Assembly: GCA_030704615.1 (NCBI GenBank) | Contig: CM060734.1 | Location: forward strand, 52,824,001 to 52,888,000 | Source: Takakia lepidozioides | Lineage: Eukaryota; Plantae; Bryophyta | Length of the DNA: 64,000 nucleotides | Direction of reading: 5' to 3' | In this document: positions 10,743-23,400 of the stretch, piece by piece | Layout of the letters: every line of letters begins with the position of its first letter | Position numbering within the stretch: the first letter of the stretch is position 1 | Notes under the pieces: model-generated | Database searches by the model: none | The model's input: only the letters and a program-made list of their open reading frames with translations | What the model was told of the DNA's origin: nothing | Made by a program: the position numbers and the translations under genes

Positions 10743-13700
10743 ATGGGGTCGGGCAAGCCAAAGCGAAAGCGGAACGGCCCAAAAGATGATGATCCTGGTG
10801 AGCCCGATGGGGGCGACGTGTCACCAAGGCGGCTGTTTGAGGAAGCGATGCATGTCTCCGAAAACGAGGCCGCTCAAGAGCGGGAGGAATCTGAGGAGTC
10901 GGAGCCCGAGGAATCCCTGAGAGCTCCGACCGACCAACAGATGTCTCTCATGCCGGCAACCTTTTGGGAAGGGTTGTTGGCGCAATTTGGCGGGACGTTG
11001 AAAGACGTGTTGAAGGCGGCTAATGTCACCTCCAGTAAGACAAAATTTAAGGTGAAGCCTAAGGAACCTGGCACCTTCGAGGGCGTCCGAAATCGGAAGG
11101 CACTCAACACCTGGCTCCTGGAGCTAGAGCAGTACTTCCGGGCGGCCAAGTTGAGTGACGAGGACCGGGTGGAAGTGGCTCCCACCTATTTGAGGGGCTA
11201 TGCTCAACAATGGTGGCAGAAACGCCTTCACGACCGAGGTCCAAGCCCGGAAACCTTGAACTGGAGTGGGTTCAAGGAATTGATGAAGAGACAGTTTGTG
11301 CCCCTCAACGCGTCTTGGCTTGCCCGGGACAAGATGAGGAATTTGAAGCAAACAGATGACATTCGGGGGTATGTCCAGGCTTTCAATGTGCTGTTGCTCG
11401 AAGTCGCGAACATGGCAGAACCAGAAATGGTCTTCAACTTTGTGGCGGGACTGGCCCCATGGGCCAGGCGGAAGTTGGAGGAAAAGCCACCCAAGACTTT
11501 GAACGAGGCAATTGAGAGGGCTGAATGTTTCTCGGATGTCCCTAGGGGTGAGAGACAAGGCCCTACGGAGCTGAACCACAAGAAGACCCGGCGGGAAGGT
11601 GACTCCTTCCGACCGGAAAAGAAGTTTAATAGGCCACGCGGCGACAATGGCACGTGGAAATCGAAGGGAGGGTCTTTACACGTCAAGGCGGCACCCGGTG
11701 CTTCGAAAGGAAAAGCGGGTGGAGCGGCTTATGGCGGACAGAATGCGACCTTTGATGGAGTGTGTTTCAATTGCGGGGAGCCCGGGCACATGGCCAAGAA
11801 GTGCACGAAACCTCGACAATTGAACATGACTCGGGCAACCACGGAGCTGTCGGAAGATACCATCAGTCGCTTGGTGGAAGCGGTGGTTGCCAGGACTTGC
11901 AAGGTAGGCAACTATTCTGGTGAGTTGTATCAGGAAACTGGCGCCGTGCATAAAGGGAGTCAGTTATTGTTCGTGGATGGGATAATATCCGGAACTAACG
12001 TGTCATTGTTGGTGGACACAGGAGCGTCGCACTCCTTCATGACGCCGGCGGCGGCGCGAAAGTTGGGACTCCCGACAAGTGACGTGGGGGCCTCTATTGA
12101 GGTGCGTTCTGCCAAAGGAGAACCACAGTTGGCGACAAGGTTGGCGTTTGATGTTCCTCTTCAACTGGGGAGTTGGGAGGGACGTGAGAACTTCACCATC
12201 TGCGAGATCGATGGAGTGGATCTCATTTTGGGGATGACCTTTTTGAGCAAATCCGGAGCGGTCATAGATGGCCGCAAGAGAGTAGTCACGCTGCCATGTG
12301 GGAATGGTGGCGAGGTCTTACGAGTATCGGAAACGCCCAAATCTGTGGGAGGGCGAATAAACCTTCTGTCAGCAAGGGAGTGGGCCGTGGAGGAGGCACA
12401 CGAGCCCCAGTTTTTGCTTTACATTAGAGAAGTGAAGGGAGAAGGCGATGGGGAGCCGAGCCCAGATTGGATCAAGGAGATTTTGGAGAAATACCAGGAT
12501 GTGATGCCGGAGGATTTACCAAGCGGCTTGCCACCGCGAAGAGGAGTTGACCACAAGATTGAGGTGATACCGGGATCGGAACCACCTGCCAAGGCACCCT
12601 ACCGGTTGAGCCACAGAGAGTTGGTCGAGCTGAAGACTCAGCTCAAAGATCTAATGTCAAAGGGGTACATCCGGCCGAGTAAGTCACCTTACGGAGCCCC
12701 GGTGCTATTTGCAGATAAAAAGGATGGGACGCTGCGGATGTGTGTCGATTACAGGGCTCTGAATAAGGTGACTATCAAAAACCGGTACCATTTGCCAAGG
12801 ATCGACGACATCTTCGATCGGTTGGCAGGAGCGAAGTATTTCAGCCGGATCGACTTGCGCTCCGACTATCATCAAATTCGGGTCGCGGAAGGAGATGAGG
12901 AGAAGACCGCGAGCAGGACAAGGTATGGTTCATATGAGTTCTTGGTGATGCCTTTTGGGCTCACCAATGCACCAGCGACATTTAGCACGCTGATGAACAG
13001 CCTTTTTCAGGAGTGGTTGGATGACTTTGTGATCGTGTACATCGACGACATCTTGGTGTATTCGAAAACAAAGGAGGAGCACCTGGAGCACCTGAAAAGG
13101 GTGTTCCAAAAATTGCGAGAAGGGAAGTTGTATGCCAAAGCTTCAAAGTGCGAATTCGGGGTCACAAAAGTGGAGTTCCTGGGGCATGTGATTACACAGG
13201 ATGGGATCAAAATGGATGACAGAAAGGTGAGAGTGATCTTGGACTGGGAGCCTCCGACTTCGGTCCCGGGAGTGCGATCCTTCCTAGGACTCGCCTCCTA
13301 TTACCGGAAGTATGTGAGAAATTTCGCCAAGATCGCGGGGCCGTTGTCAGACCTTCTGTGTAAATCCAAAGTCTGGGTATGGAACACCTTGTGTGGCCAA
13401 GCTTTTGCTGAATTGAAGCAGCGGATGGCGGAAGCTCCAGTCTTGAAAATACCGGAGTTCGATCGGCCGTTCGAGATTCATACAGATGCGTCGGACTTTG
13501 CGATTGGGGGTGTACTGATGCAAGATGGACGTCCAGTGGCTTACGAAAGTAAGAAACTGAACGAAGTGGAGCGACGGTGGCCGACGCACGAGAAAGAGAT
13601 GAAGGCGGTGGTGCACTGTCTTGAGCTTTGGCGCCACTATGTTGGTTCCAACCCAGTGAAGGTGTTCACGGACAATGTTACGGTGAAGTATTTTGCCACG

Positions 13701-15296
13701 CAGCCCAAGTTGTCCCCAAAACAACTTAGGTGGCAAGATACTTTGGCGGTGTTTGACGTGGATATCCAATACAAACCGGGACGTGACAATGTGGTGGCCG
13801 ATGCTTTAAGTAGAAAGCAGCAGCTCCTGTTGGTGTACAGGGGCGAGACGGCGCTCCAAAGGAAGATCCGGAAGGCTTGCCAGAAGGATAAGCTGGCGAA
13901 GTCCGTGATGCAGGACTTGAGGAGGGGGGTTAAATCGCAATTCCACTTGCAAAATGGACTGCTCCGGTATAAGCAAAAGCGTCTCTACGTGTCGAAGGGA
14001 GGGATCAGAGATAGTCTCTTGAGAGAATGCCATGATAGCCCGCTTGCGGGCCACGGCGGAGCCAAGCGCACTGCGGCACTCTTGAAGAAAGAGTATTTCT
14101 GGCCCAAATTGAGGGAGGAGGCATAGGAGTATGTCAAGACATGCACCGCATGCCAACAAAACCGGAGCGAGTACAAAAAGCAAGCGGGGCTGTTACAACC
14201 CTTGCCGATTCCAGAGGGGACTTGGGAAAGCGTCTCGATGGATTTCATGACTGTTATGCCGCTGTCAAAAGGATTCGATGCAATCACGGTGGTGGTGGAT
14301 AGGTTCAGTAAAATGGGCCATTTCATCCCCACCAAGGAGACGGCAACGGCGCAAGAGACAGGGCGACTTTACTTCGCCCACGTCTTAAAGGAAGAAGATA
14401 GGGACGAGGCTGAAGATGAGCACCGCCTTCCGACCTACAACCGACGGCCAAACGGAAAGAGTGAATTCCGTAGTGAAACAGATCTTGCGGAATTACGTGT
14501 CGGCAGACCAATCAGACTGGGTGGAACACTTAGACGCGGTAGAGTTCTGTTATAATAACACAGAACACTCCGCAACGGGAGTTTCCCCTTTCGTATTGGT
14601 CTATGGAAAAGCACCTCTGGTGCCGACAAGTTGGGCCGCCGTCCTCCAAAATTTACTCGTAAACTTTGGATCGCGGTCCAAGACAATATCCTTCGGGACT
14701 CCATGATGGACATTGAGGAACCGGCAGTAGCGGCGGTACTGGAAGAACGCGATCGTTTGTTGAAGCTCGCAAAGTACAACATTGCCAAAGCTAGGAAACG
14801 GTATGAAAGGCAGGCGAATCGGAAGCGGAGAGAAGTGAAGTTTGAGGCAGGCACGGAGGTCTGGTTGAACATCAAGAATTTCCGACTACCTCCGGAAGTG
14901 AGTCCAAAGTTCGTACCTCCGTATGCGGGACCCTTTCGCATCCGGAAGGTTATGAATGAGGATGTGTATGAATTGGAGCTGCCGGCAAACAGCAAGGTGC
15001 ATCCAGTATTTCACGTCTCCCTTTTGAAGCCTTACTTCAAAGATGAAGCGCGTCCGAATCGGCATCAAGTGTTGCGTCCGCAACCTGTGCTGTTGGATCA
15101 TGAAAATGAACCTAAGTACGAGGTGGAGGTAGTACTTAAGTCGAGGAGGTTCAAGAACCGAGAAACGCAGTATCTCGTCAAATGGAAGGGCTATCATCAT
15201 GTGGAGGCATCTTGGGTGCGTGCCTCAGAAATGGGAAACGCATCCGAGGCGGTTGCAGTTTTCGAAGGGCGACCTCAAAAGCGGAAGAAGCGTTGA
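10743..15296 (+). CDS. Chromovirus gag-pol polyprotein, disrupted in integrase
   Basis: Gag with [14 protein letters not shown] knuckle, protease [39 protein letters not shown] motif, chromodomain [22 protein letters not shown]. In-frame TAG at 14124-14126 and a rearranged integrase core. Confidence 0.95.
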
Positions 15297-16201
15297 TGGG
15301 GACATCAACCTTGGAGCATGGGGGAGGAAATGCATGCTTAGCCCGGCTTAGCTAGCTCAGGAATCCGATTGCAAAAACTTGTATTGTACAAAAATTTGTT
15401 ATAAAGGAAATGGGTTCCAAATGTTGTGTGTCCTATTTTGTTTGGAATGGTGATGCATGGTGTGGTTGGCTAGTGTGTAGAATGCATGCTAGCTTACAAA
15501 AGTGGGAGAGGTAAATTGGGTTAATCGTGTGTTTGCGCAGTGCCGAAATCGGGTGACTCCCATCCAAGGGGCAAGGAAACATGCGCCTTCTTTGGGAGTT
15601 CACGTGCTAGTGCGCACCTGGCGCGTGCGCGTACTATAACTGCGCTACCGAGGTGGTTGCCTTGTAGTGCGGGCTAACGCGGAAGCTATGTGCTTCCGTT
15701 CACGTACTATAATCGTGTAGCCTCGGGACGAAGTCATAGTGCGGCTTCGACGTGTTCCCGTACCTCAGGCCAGCATTCCAAGACGGACCCAATTGTAGTG
15801 ATTGGGGCGCACGGTTGTTTCAAGGTTATCTTCCTAGTCAAAGGGGGTTCGAGGTGAACCCTTGCGCAAAGTGATGCCAAAAGCGGCATCAGGAGCGATC
15901 GCAAGCAATGTTGTTGCAGTAAGGCGATTCGATCCTCGGGGAGGATCGTTCCTTGACCTTGAAGAAGGCCAAGAAGAGTGCACTGGGAGGAGCTTGAGAG
16001 GCTCCACCCTTGGCCGGGACTTGGAGGAAGTCGGCCGAACTAGCTAGTGGAGAGTAGAGTCAAGTGTGGGGTTGGTTCTTTGCCATGGGACGCCTTGGTA
16101 CGGAAACAAACTCCTTGATGTGGGACGCCACAACTTGGATGTTCGTTTCTACAAAATGGACAAGTCGATGAGGACATCGACTCCCTGTTGGTAGGGGTGT
16201 G

Positions 16202-16927
16202 TGTCGCGGCCCTTTGCCTTGAGGGCATGGGGTCGGGACACATGAGGGGCTGCCCCTGTGGTGGGGGCAGCGGCAGCGATAGGTATGGGGGGCTGAAGCA
16301 CCCTTGAGTGCCCAAGGCACTCAGGGAAGCGGAGGCGCTCACTAGGTGGAGCCCCGCACACCGGGTTGCGGTGGGGTGGCTCCACAAGGGGTGGTGGTAG
16401 CTTAGCGGGACTTAGAGGGGGTGGCATAGTACTCACCATGGGGGCGGAGACCTCGTGGTTGGAGTCGTGGGGAGTCTTGGGACTCATCACGGTCCATAGG
16501 AGCCGTGGTGAGTGGGCCAAGACTCACCGCGACTCATCACCGGGAGTCGAGGGTTTTCGTGGTGGTTCGCCATAAAATGGCATGGCTGGTTGTGAAACCC
16601 CCGCGGACAGCTACAGAAGTATATATAGGGAGTAGTAACCCCGAGAACGGTGCAAGCCCGTTGGTGACCAAAAACTAGTGAGTAAGCGAGCGAGCCGGAA
16701 AGCGACCAAAGAGTGGGGAGCTGTTCCGGACCGCCAACTACCAAAGGGAATTCCCGCTGGTTCCAAATCGGTGGAGGGTTCTTTGGGAGAACAACGGGGG
16801 ACCGTTATGTCCCGGTGAGCAGCCGAAGCTCCAAGTTGGCCAAGCGGCCAGGTTGGGAGTCAGGCGTGCGCATCAAAGCTAGCAACTATGACCTGAAGGG
16901 GAGCTTACCGAAGTGAGGTGCGCGACA
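16202..16927 (+). repeat. 3' LTR of the chromovirus
   Basis: Direct repeat of 9961-10686, preceded by the G-rich PPT-like GGTAGGGGTGTG and followed by TSD TAATA. Confidence 0.95.
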
Positions 16928-18408
16928 TAATAGCTGTTAGTGAACAGAGTGCCCTGAGATGGATTTCTTTGAAACATTTGTGGATGGGAAGAATGTGAAT
17001 TTGAAAGTTATCGTGTATGTCCGTGATACTGGCGTTATGAATGTCACCTCGAGTGTCGACTGTGATATCAGTTAACGGGCCGGTTTTCCAGCCACGCCTT
17101 CGGAGTGCAAGGATAAGCGGGGCATATTTTTGACGTTTTTCTAAGATGAATCGTTTGGATAACGATCATGGCAAAATATGAATTCAATGAAATGTAGTGT
17201 GAGTTGTGGGGATGGTGAGGTGGGGGGTAAAGTGTTGATAGGTAGACCTTGGACGAGGAGTATGTCCGAGCAAAGTCGAGCGGGGCATAAGCATGGTGAA
17301 TCGGGTACATATGCATGGTAGTAGCCACGGTGGTACTGTGTGGTCGGGTGGCCGTCCCTGGTAGGTGTCTGCATTCATGAGCGAGAACCAACGGTTTCAG
17401 CACGTTTTAGAAAGAGCTTGTGGAGGTGCCAGACTGCTTGGTTATGACGCGTGATATGCAAGCCATGTACAACTGGGTGTGTAGATTGGCTGAGGAGATA
17501 TGGCCAAGTGTCACGAGCTTGGTGGGTGGTTGCACATAACGGGTCCATAGCTGATGAAGTGATCGATTATAGGAACGGAGAAGCTCATCTTCCCATTCCA
17601 GCGATACTGTCCAAGTTAAGGGAAGCTTTTTTAAATCGCTCGGATGGTACCCCACCTCTTTTGGGAAATTCCTCTCCCTGCTCTAATTGTTAGTGTGCAC
17701 TCACAAATGGATGGCATTCTGGCTTGATGTCGGGCAACGTAGTCAGGTGCAACGTGGACCGGCAGCAGGCCCAATGCCCGGAGGAGTTGCAGGAGTGCCT
17801 GGAACGAGAAGATGAACCCAAGTAGCCAGTTTCACGGGCTAGAAATTGTTCAGGTTAGAGGACGAGGAATCCCCATTGGTGATGTACACCTGGAGCCTTT
17901 GGCCCACCTATAGGAGTTGGAGGCCTCGTCCCTCGAATGGTGCAGCTTCCAAGACCTTTGGGTATCCAGCTTCATGTTGCGACGACCTCCAGCCCTCATG
18001 CACCAATTGTCCATCCTGAAATGGTCACTCCTGCAATTATTATGTCTGGAGCTTGGCCCCCGGGCCTTTTATTTCCACATCAAATGCAAGTTCGACCTGG
18101 AGTAGATATGCCTGAGGCTGTTTTTCTTCCACTGGGATATTACAAAGCCCAACAAGAAGTGGAAGCTTTGTATGGAGGAAATGTTATGCACCATGATAGG
18201 GCTAGCCATAGCCAAATGATGGATGGATAGCCCCATGCACCTGACTACGTTGCCCGGTATCAAGCCAAAATGCCATCCATACTTGTGAGTGCACACTAAC
18301 AATTAGAGCAGGGAGAGGACCTGCTGTCGATGCCAGTTCCATGGATTCACATGAATACTATGTGCACGGATTGTCATGTGTAGGCAACATGATTTCTCGG
18401 GACTATTC

Positions 18409-19127
18409 CAGTGTTGGGCGGTTCTCAGGTTTTCGTGAGCTCCTCCGGTGCAGGTTCTTGCCAATTGCCCCTTCTTTAGAACCTCCGGAGGCGGTTAAAT
18501 GGACAAAAGAAAAAATTAAATAACCTGCCGGAGGCGGTTCTTTGATGTTTTAAAAAAACCCGGTTAAGTTCAATTCCGGTTATTAAAGACCTTTGCATAG
18601 GCGGTTTTTTGAACCGGTTCTGGAAGTTCAATATACTTTATAACCAGTAGATAACCGGCGGTCCTTAAAACGGTTATATTGCGGTCATGTAAATGAACTA
18701 TTTATAAAATAAAAATTTACATATATTGAAATGATGAAAATATTTTAAAAAAACTGAAATAAATGCCAAGCAGGGATTGACCAGCCATGCAAGATGATTA
18801 GCCCTAGAAACTGGATCATCCAGATGATCAATAATGGACATCTTAATTACCAGATTGGTGTCACATTAATCTTAGCAAGGGTATATGCTGACACTATTTA
18901 TTGATAACCGGGTCCTTTCTTAAGGCCATGGCCGGATACCAATAAATAAAAAACCAAACTTGCTCGCCGGTTCTTGAAGCCCGCCGGTTATCTCAACCCC
19001 TAGCCTCCGCCGGATCTGTTTATATCCGGTTTTTTTAATTTTTGCACCTACTCCGGATATATATATATATAACCGGTCTAATAACAGGCGGTTATAACCG
19101 GTCAAAGTTCATAACCGCCCAACAGTG
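18409..19127. mobile_element. Non-autonomous hAT-type DNA transposon (MITE), 719 bp
   Basis: 8-bp TSD GACTATTC (18401-18408, 19128-19135). 15-bp TIRs CAGTGTTGGGCGGTT / AACCGCCCAACAGTG with 1 mismatch. Many subterminal AACCGG/GGCGGTT motifs and no coding capacity. Confidence 0.9.
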
Positions 19128-19411
19128 GACTATTCCTAAAAGTTCGGATCCACATTGTATAGAGTACATCCCTTTTCTTGTACATATTGCCAATATAATT
19201 ACAATTATGGTTGAGCCTTCTCAGTGATGCTATCTGCTGAAGCTAGCTAGTGGTTGGTTATTCTCCAGACCCCGGTAAAGGAACTTGGAATATTTCTTCA
19301 TAGTGGGTGAGGTTCACGACCACGGTGTTCGAAATGTCAGAAAAGTTATTTGCCTGTTTGATCCACAAATTGGATTGAACCTCTCACGTTTCTGACAGTT
19401 TTTGAAGTTAG

Positions 19412-20444
19412 TGTCGCGCGGCTTTTACTCACCCATCCCTTCGCTATCCGAGGCGGAAATTCCAAGATAGAAGAGTTGGAAATCTCTAAGTACTCAGCCC
19501 GCGCAGAACAATCAGTCATGACCTACAGCTAGTGTATCATGGGGGTGTTTCCTATGCGTTTCCCTTTTCGCATTCATCTTAGCTACCTTTGGCATTGATA
19601 ATTAAGTATCAGTTGCTTCATCAATCTATCGGTTTCCTTCACTCATCCATTCAATCCACAGCTTCTCTCAGATCTCTCTACACAGTGTGATTGTATCGTA
19701 TAAGTATCAGATTATGATTTATCAGGTATCAGGCCGAAGCCATTATGTCTCTAATCTGCTCTACAATATCACTACCGCTTTGCATATAACAAGCATCTAC
19801 TAATCCTCTTTCCTCCTTCATCGTGCTCTCCATCTCTTGCCTCCGATCTCCGCTCCTGCCTGACTCCGAAGTCCCCCTCCGAATAATGATCCTCCTTCAT
19901 TCCCCGTTTCTCCCTTTATCCTCCTATCCGCGGTTCTAACCGTTTCCCTCTCTAACCGTCGTATGTGAACTAACATGTTCCCTTCACAGGTGTTGTTCCC
20001 CACAGTCGTTCCCTGTCCTACTCTTCGTTCCCTATTATCGTGACAGCTGTGTCAAGCGGTGACTGGCTGTGTTTGGCTGTGTCGGGCTATGACTGGCTGT
20101 GTGGCTGTGCCGGGCTGTGACTGGCTGTGTGGGCTGTGTGGGCTGTGTCTGCTGTGACGACTGTGACGGGCTGTGTGGGCTGTGTGGGCTGTGTGGGCTG
20201 TGACTGCTGTGACGACTGTGACGACTGTGACGGGCTGTGTGGGCTGTGTGGGCTGTAACGACTGTGACGGGCTGTGTTGGCTGTGTGGCCTGTGACTGCT
20301 GTGTCGGCTGTGTGGGCTATGTAACCCCCCTCTACAGTGCGCTGCTGTCACCCCTAAGGCTCCTGTTGGTCTCAGTCTGTGCAAAAATTAAGGGTACCCT
20401 ACAGATCCCGTATAAGTTTCTAAGTCCCCTACAGTCCTCTAACA
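19412..20444 (-). repeat. 3' LTR of the non-chromovirus Gypsy
   Basis: TG...CA ends; only one difference from 31634-32666 noticed (20089 vs 32311). Confidence 0.95.
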
Positions 20445-20460
20445 TTACCCCTTCCCCCCT
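20445..20460 (-). promoter_or_regulatory. Polypurine tract
   Basis: AGGGGGGAAGGGGTAA on the minus strand, directly before the 3' LTR. Confidence 0.9.
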
Positions 20461-20482
20461 CAAAAAGCCGTGTCCTCACGGT

Positions 20483-23400
20483 TTACTGTTTCCGAGTAGC
20501 AAACCTTTGTGAGTGAGCACCTTGTTGACGTTGAGAGTTTCGTGGTGGGCTGTGTGTACGAGCCCGAGGTCTGTCTCTGGTTGATGGAGATGGTTGATCA
20601 CTACCTGGATAAGTGAGGCCTTCTGGAGGCTGATATCGAGGTAATCTTTCCGGCATAGGAGATCCCCTTTGTTTCTTCTCTTCCATCTGAATTGCATAGT
20701 CTTCTCCCATGTCAAAAGAATTGTGTGAAGAAACAGTTGTATCAGAATCCTCATCGCCTCTCAGGTGTTTTAATTTTTGAACTTTTTGTGGAATCATCTG
20801 GGGCATACAATGCTGTCCTACCATGTCTGGAATTTTGTATTTTACAACTTGGTGTAACCGCTGAACAGCAAAATTGGTGTAGGCACTGAGTTCCTTGTCT
20901 GTCCAGATGAGTGGGGTACCAATTACTGGTGCAGCGTGCAAGTACTTCCATGCCACATGTCCCTTATAGAAAATGTCATCAAGTCCGAATTTCTGTGGTT
21001 GCAGACTGCTTGAAACCATGAACGAATTTGAGAATCCTTCTGCATCATAACTTTTGGGTCATATAGGTACATATGAGGTGGCACCGAAGGTAATACCCAA
21101 TGATCTCCACTGGAGTAACTTTGAAAGCGTGTTTGCATCTTTTGTTGCTCAATGTGGTAACGTACCAGAAAACAAGCAGCGTAGTATAGCCCGCAGCCCA
21201 TGACAATACTTGCTATCTCCTTGGTCTTGGTATAAATGAGTCCATGTACAACCTGGAAAGCAACCAATTCCCTCAACATGGTACCTGCCTCGTGCCAGTA
21301 TTGTGCAAAGTGATGATCTTCAATATGTCGATTGTTTGGAAGAACTTTAGTCCTAGTTGCCACTGGCAGCCAAATACACATGATTTGGTAGTAATGTGCG
21401 AATGACTGCGGAGGACTAAATTCTTTCCAAGCCAAATCCAACATGATGGGAATTTGGTTGAAGGGCAAAGCATAGCCCTGCTGTACTCCCTTGCAGCTGG
21501 AGTTTTAGGTGGGTTAAAAGCGGCATTGCCCCATACCTCTGGCTGTGGTGGCTGTGGTGTGGTTGTAGTAACCACAGGTTCAGCTATTGGTACAGTGACC
21601 TGTTGTGGTGGTGGTGGTACTGGCTCCTGTATCATTGGCATCTCCTGCACCTCCTGTGAAGACTGAAAAGCCAGAGTTCTGGCTTGCAAATAAGAAGCCA
21701 TTAGCTGTTCCTGAGGGATATAGACTCTTTGGTCGATGTTTGAAGTGAGGTCTTCCACTTGAGTCTGGAGTCCGTCTACATCCTCTTGTAACTCTGCTAT
21801 CCTACTATAGACATTGTCTATAGTAGTTGTGGCAATGTTTTGCACCTGCAGTCTGAGCTCATTCATTTCGCTTTGGGTGAGCTTCCGTGGGCTTTTGCCC
21901 TCTACTGGCCCTTGTGCTAACCAGACCTGCATAAGGCTGTTATCCACCAAGCTGCTTGTGGTTCCCCTGAGAGTTTGCTCTTCTCTTAGCTTGTACAATT
22001 CCAACTGCTGTTGTAAAGCCTCCATGCGCTTCGCTTGTGGCTCAACCAATTGCGCATAGGCAGCAAGTAGATTATTGGCTTTCTTCGAAGCCTTGTTACT
22101 GACCGCGATTTCATTTCTATTGGCCACGATGGTTTGTTGCAACTCCACGATGTGTTTCTCTTGATCAGCTTCCCTCTGCTGTATTGCTTGAAAGTATCTT
22201 CATGGCGACAGATTGTATTCTTCATATCAACAATGAGCTTCATTTGCTCAACATTCTCTTCTTCTGCCTTCGTACATTTTTCCGCTTGACTGTTTATTTC
22301 TTTTGTTGATTGGTCAAGCATAGTTGTAAATGTAGCACATTGTATCGCCATCCTGTTATGCACTGTCTGCAACTCCGTATGTAGTGCATTCAGTTCTTGC
22401 AACTTGCTTTCATGCTGCACCTGCATTTGGTATAGCTGTTGCTTATGTGCTTCGTGCAACTGGTCTTGCGTGAGGTTTGCCTCAATCAATTGTTGCTTGG
22501 CCAACTGCAAAGCCATTTCTGTATGCCCAAGTCCTGCTTCATCTTGAGAGTGACCTCTTCATCGACCTTGTTTGCACACTCAGTGGCAAGTCGAGCCTCA
22601 AACTCCTTCCTGAGTTCCTCTTTCAAGGCTGTCAATTGGGTAATTGGAACATGGGATTTGACATAAGTCCCCAACAAATTAAGTGTCCTGCCTATGGAAC
22701 TCATCAGCATTGCCTGTTGAGGGTCATCATGGTGAGGTTGCTGCTGTTCCTCCCGATCTTCAACAGTATGATGTCTCACTAACCATTCAGGCCATTGTCC
22801 CACCGGATTTTCTTCCTGAACTACTTCATCTATGACTGGTGTTACAGTGTCATGACCTTCCGCCTGTGGTACCTCCAACACAGGTGTGTGCATTATATGC
22901 ACCTCAGGATTTCCCTTGGGCAACTGTTGCACCTCTGGGATTTCTGTCTCCTTGACCAGACCAGAATATTCATAGAGAAGGTCCCCTTTCTCTATTTCTG
23001 CCACTATCTGCTCTGTAGTTGGAATCTCTATCCCTTCACTTTCCAAATCAATTATTTCGGGTTGAGCTGCATGGATAACTTGTGACCTTGTGACAAGTCG
23101 TTCAAGTGGCTGTGTTGGCTGTGATGCAGAAGTAACTTCCTCCTCCCTCTCTGAAGGTCCTGCTTCCAGTAATAACATTCTTTTGTGCTGCTGTGCCCCT
23201 TCCTGGTCATGAGCTTGGGAAACATTATCATGCGGAATCCGTGAAGCCAGTGGATCCGCCACTACAGTCTTTCCCCTTCTCTGCCTCTTAGTCTCGGGTT
23301 GTGCTGCTAGTCCACCCTCACTGTGTGAAGAGCCTTGCTCTTCCATTGCAGTTGTTTCTGGCTCAAACACTCCCATTTCCTTCCTTTCTTGTGCATTAAG

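Larger units (their letters stand above)
9961..16927 (+). mobile_element. Full-length Ty3/Gypsy chromovirus (Galadriel-like) LTR retrotransposon
   Basis: Two approx. 726-bp LTRs (TGTCGCG...CGCGACA), 5-bp TSD TAATA (9956-9960, 16928-16932), tRNA-iMet PBS, and gag-PR-RT-RH-INT-chromodomain order. Confidence 0.97.

Noticed and set aside
10874-13769. Antisense ORFs within gag-pol regions
   Set aside because: Shadow ORFs of GC-rich coding sequence with no domain signal.
14124-14126. Programmed stop-codon read-through in the chromovirus pol
   Set aside because: The TAG lies inside the integrase zinc-finger region, not at the gag-pol junction; a point mutation is simpler.
16933-18340. Host gene or identifiable TE between the chromovirus and the MITE
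   Set aside because: Only short ORFs with no recognisable domain; probably degenerate repeat DNA, but I cannot support a call.
20045-20320. Short repeat array as a CRISPR array, or the HSRHS-rich ORFs as proteins
   Set aside because: No unique spacers. It is a degenerate simple repeat inside both LTRs, and the ORFs are by-products.
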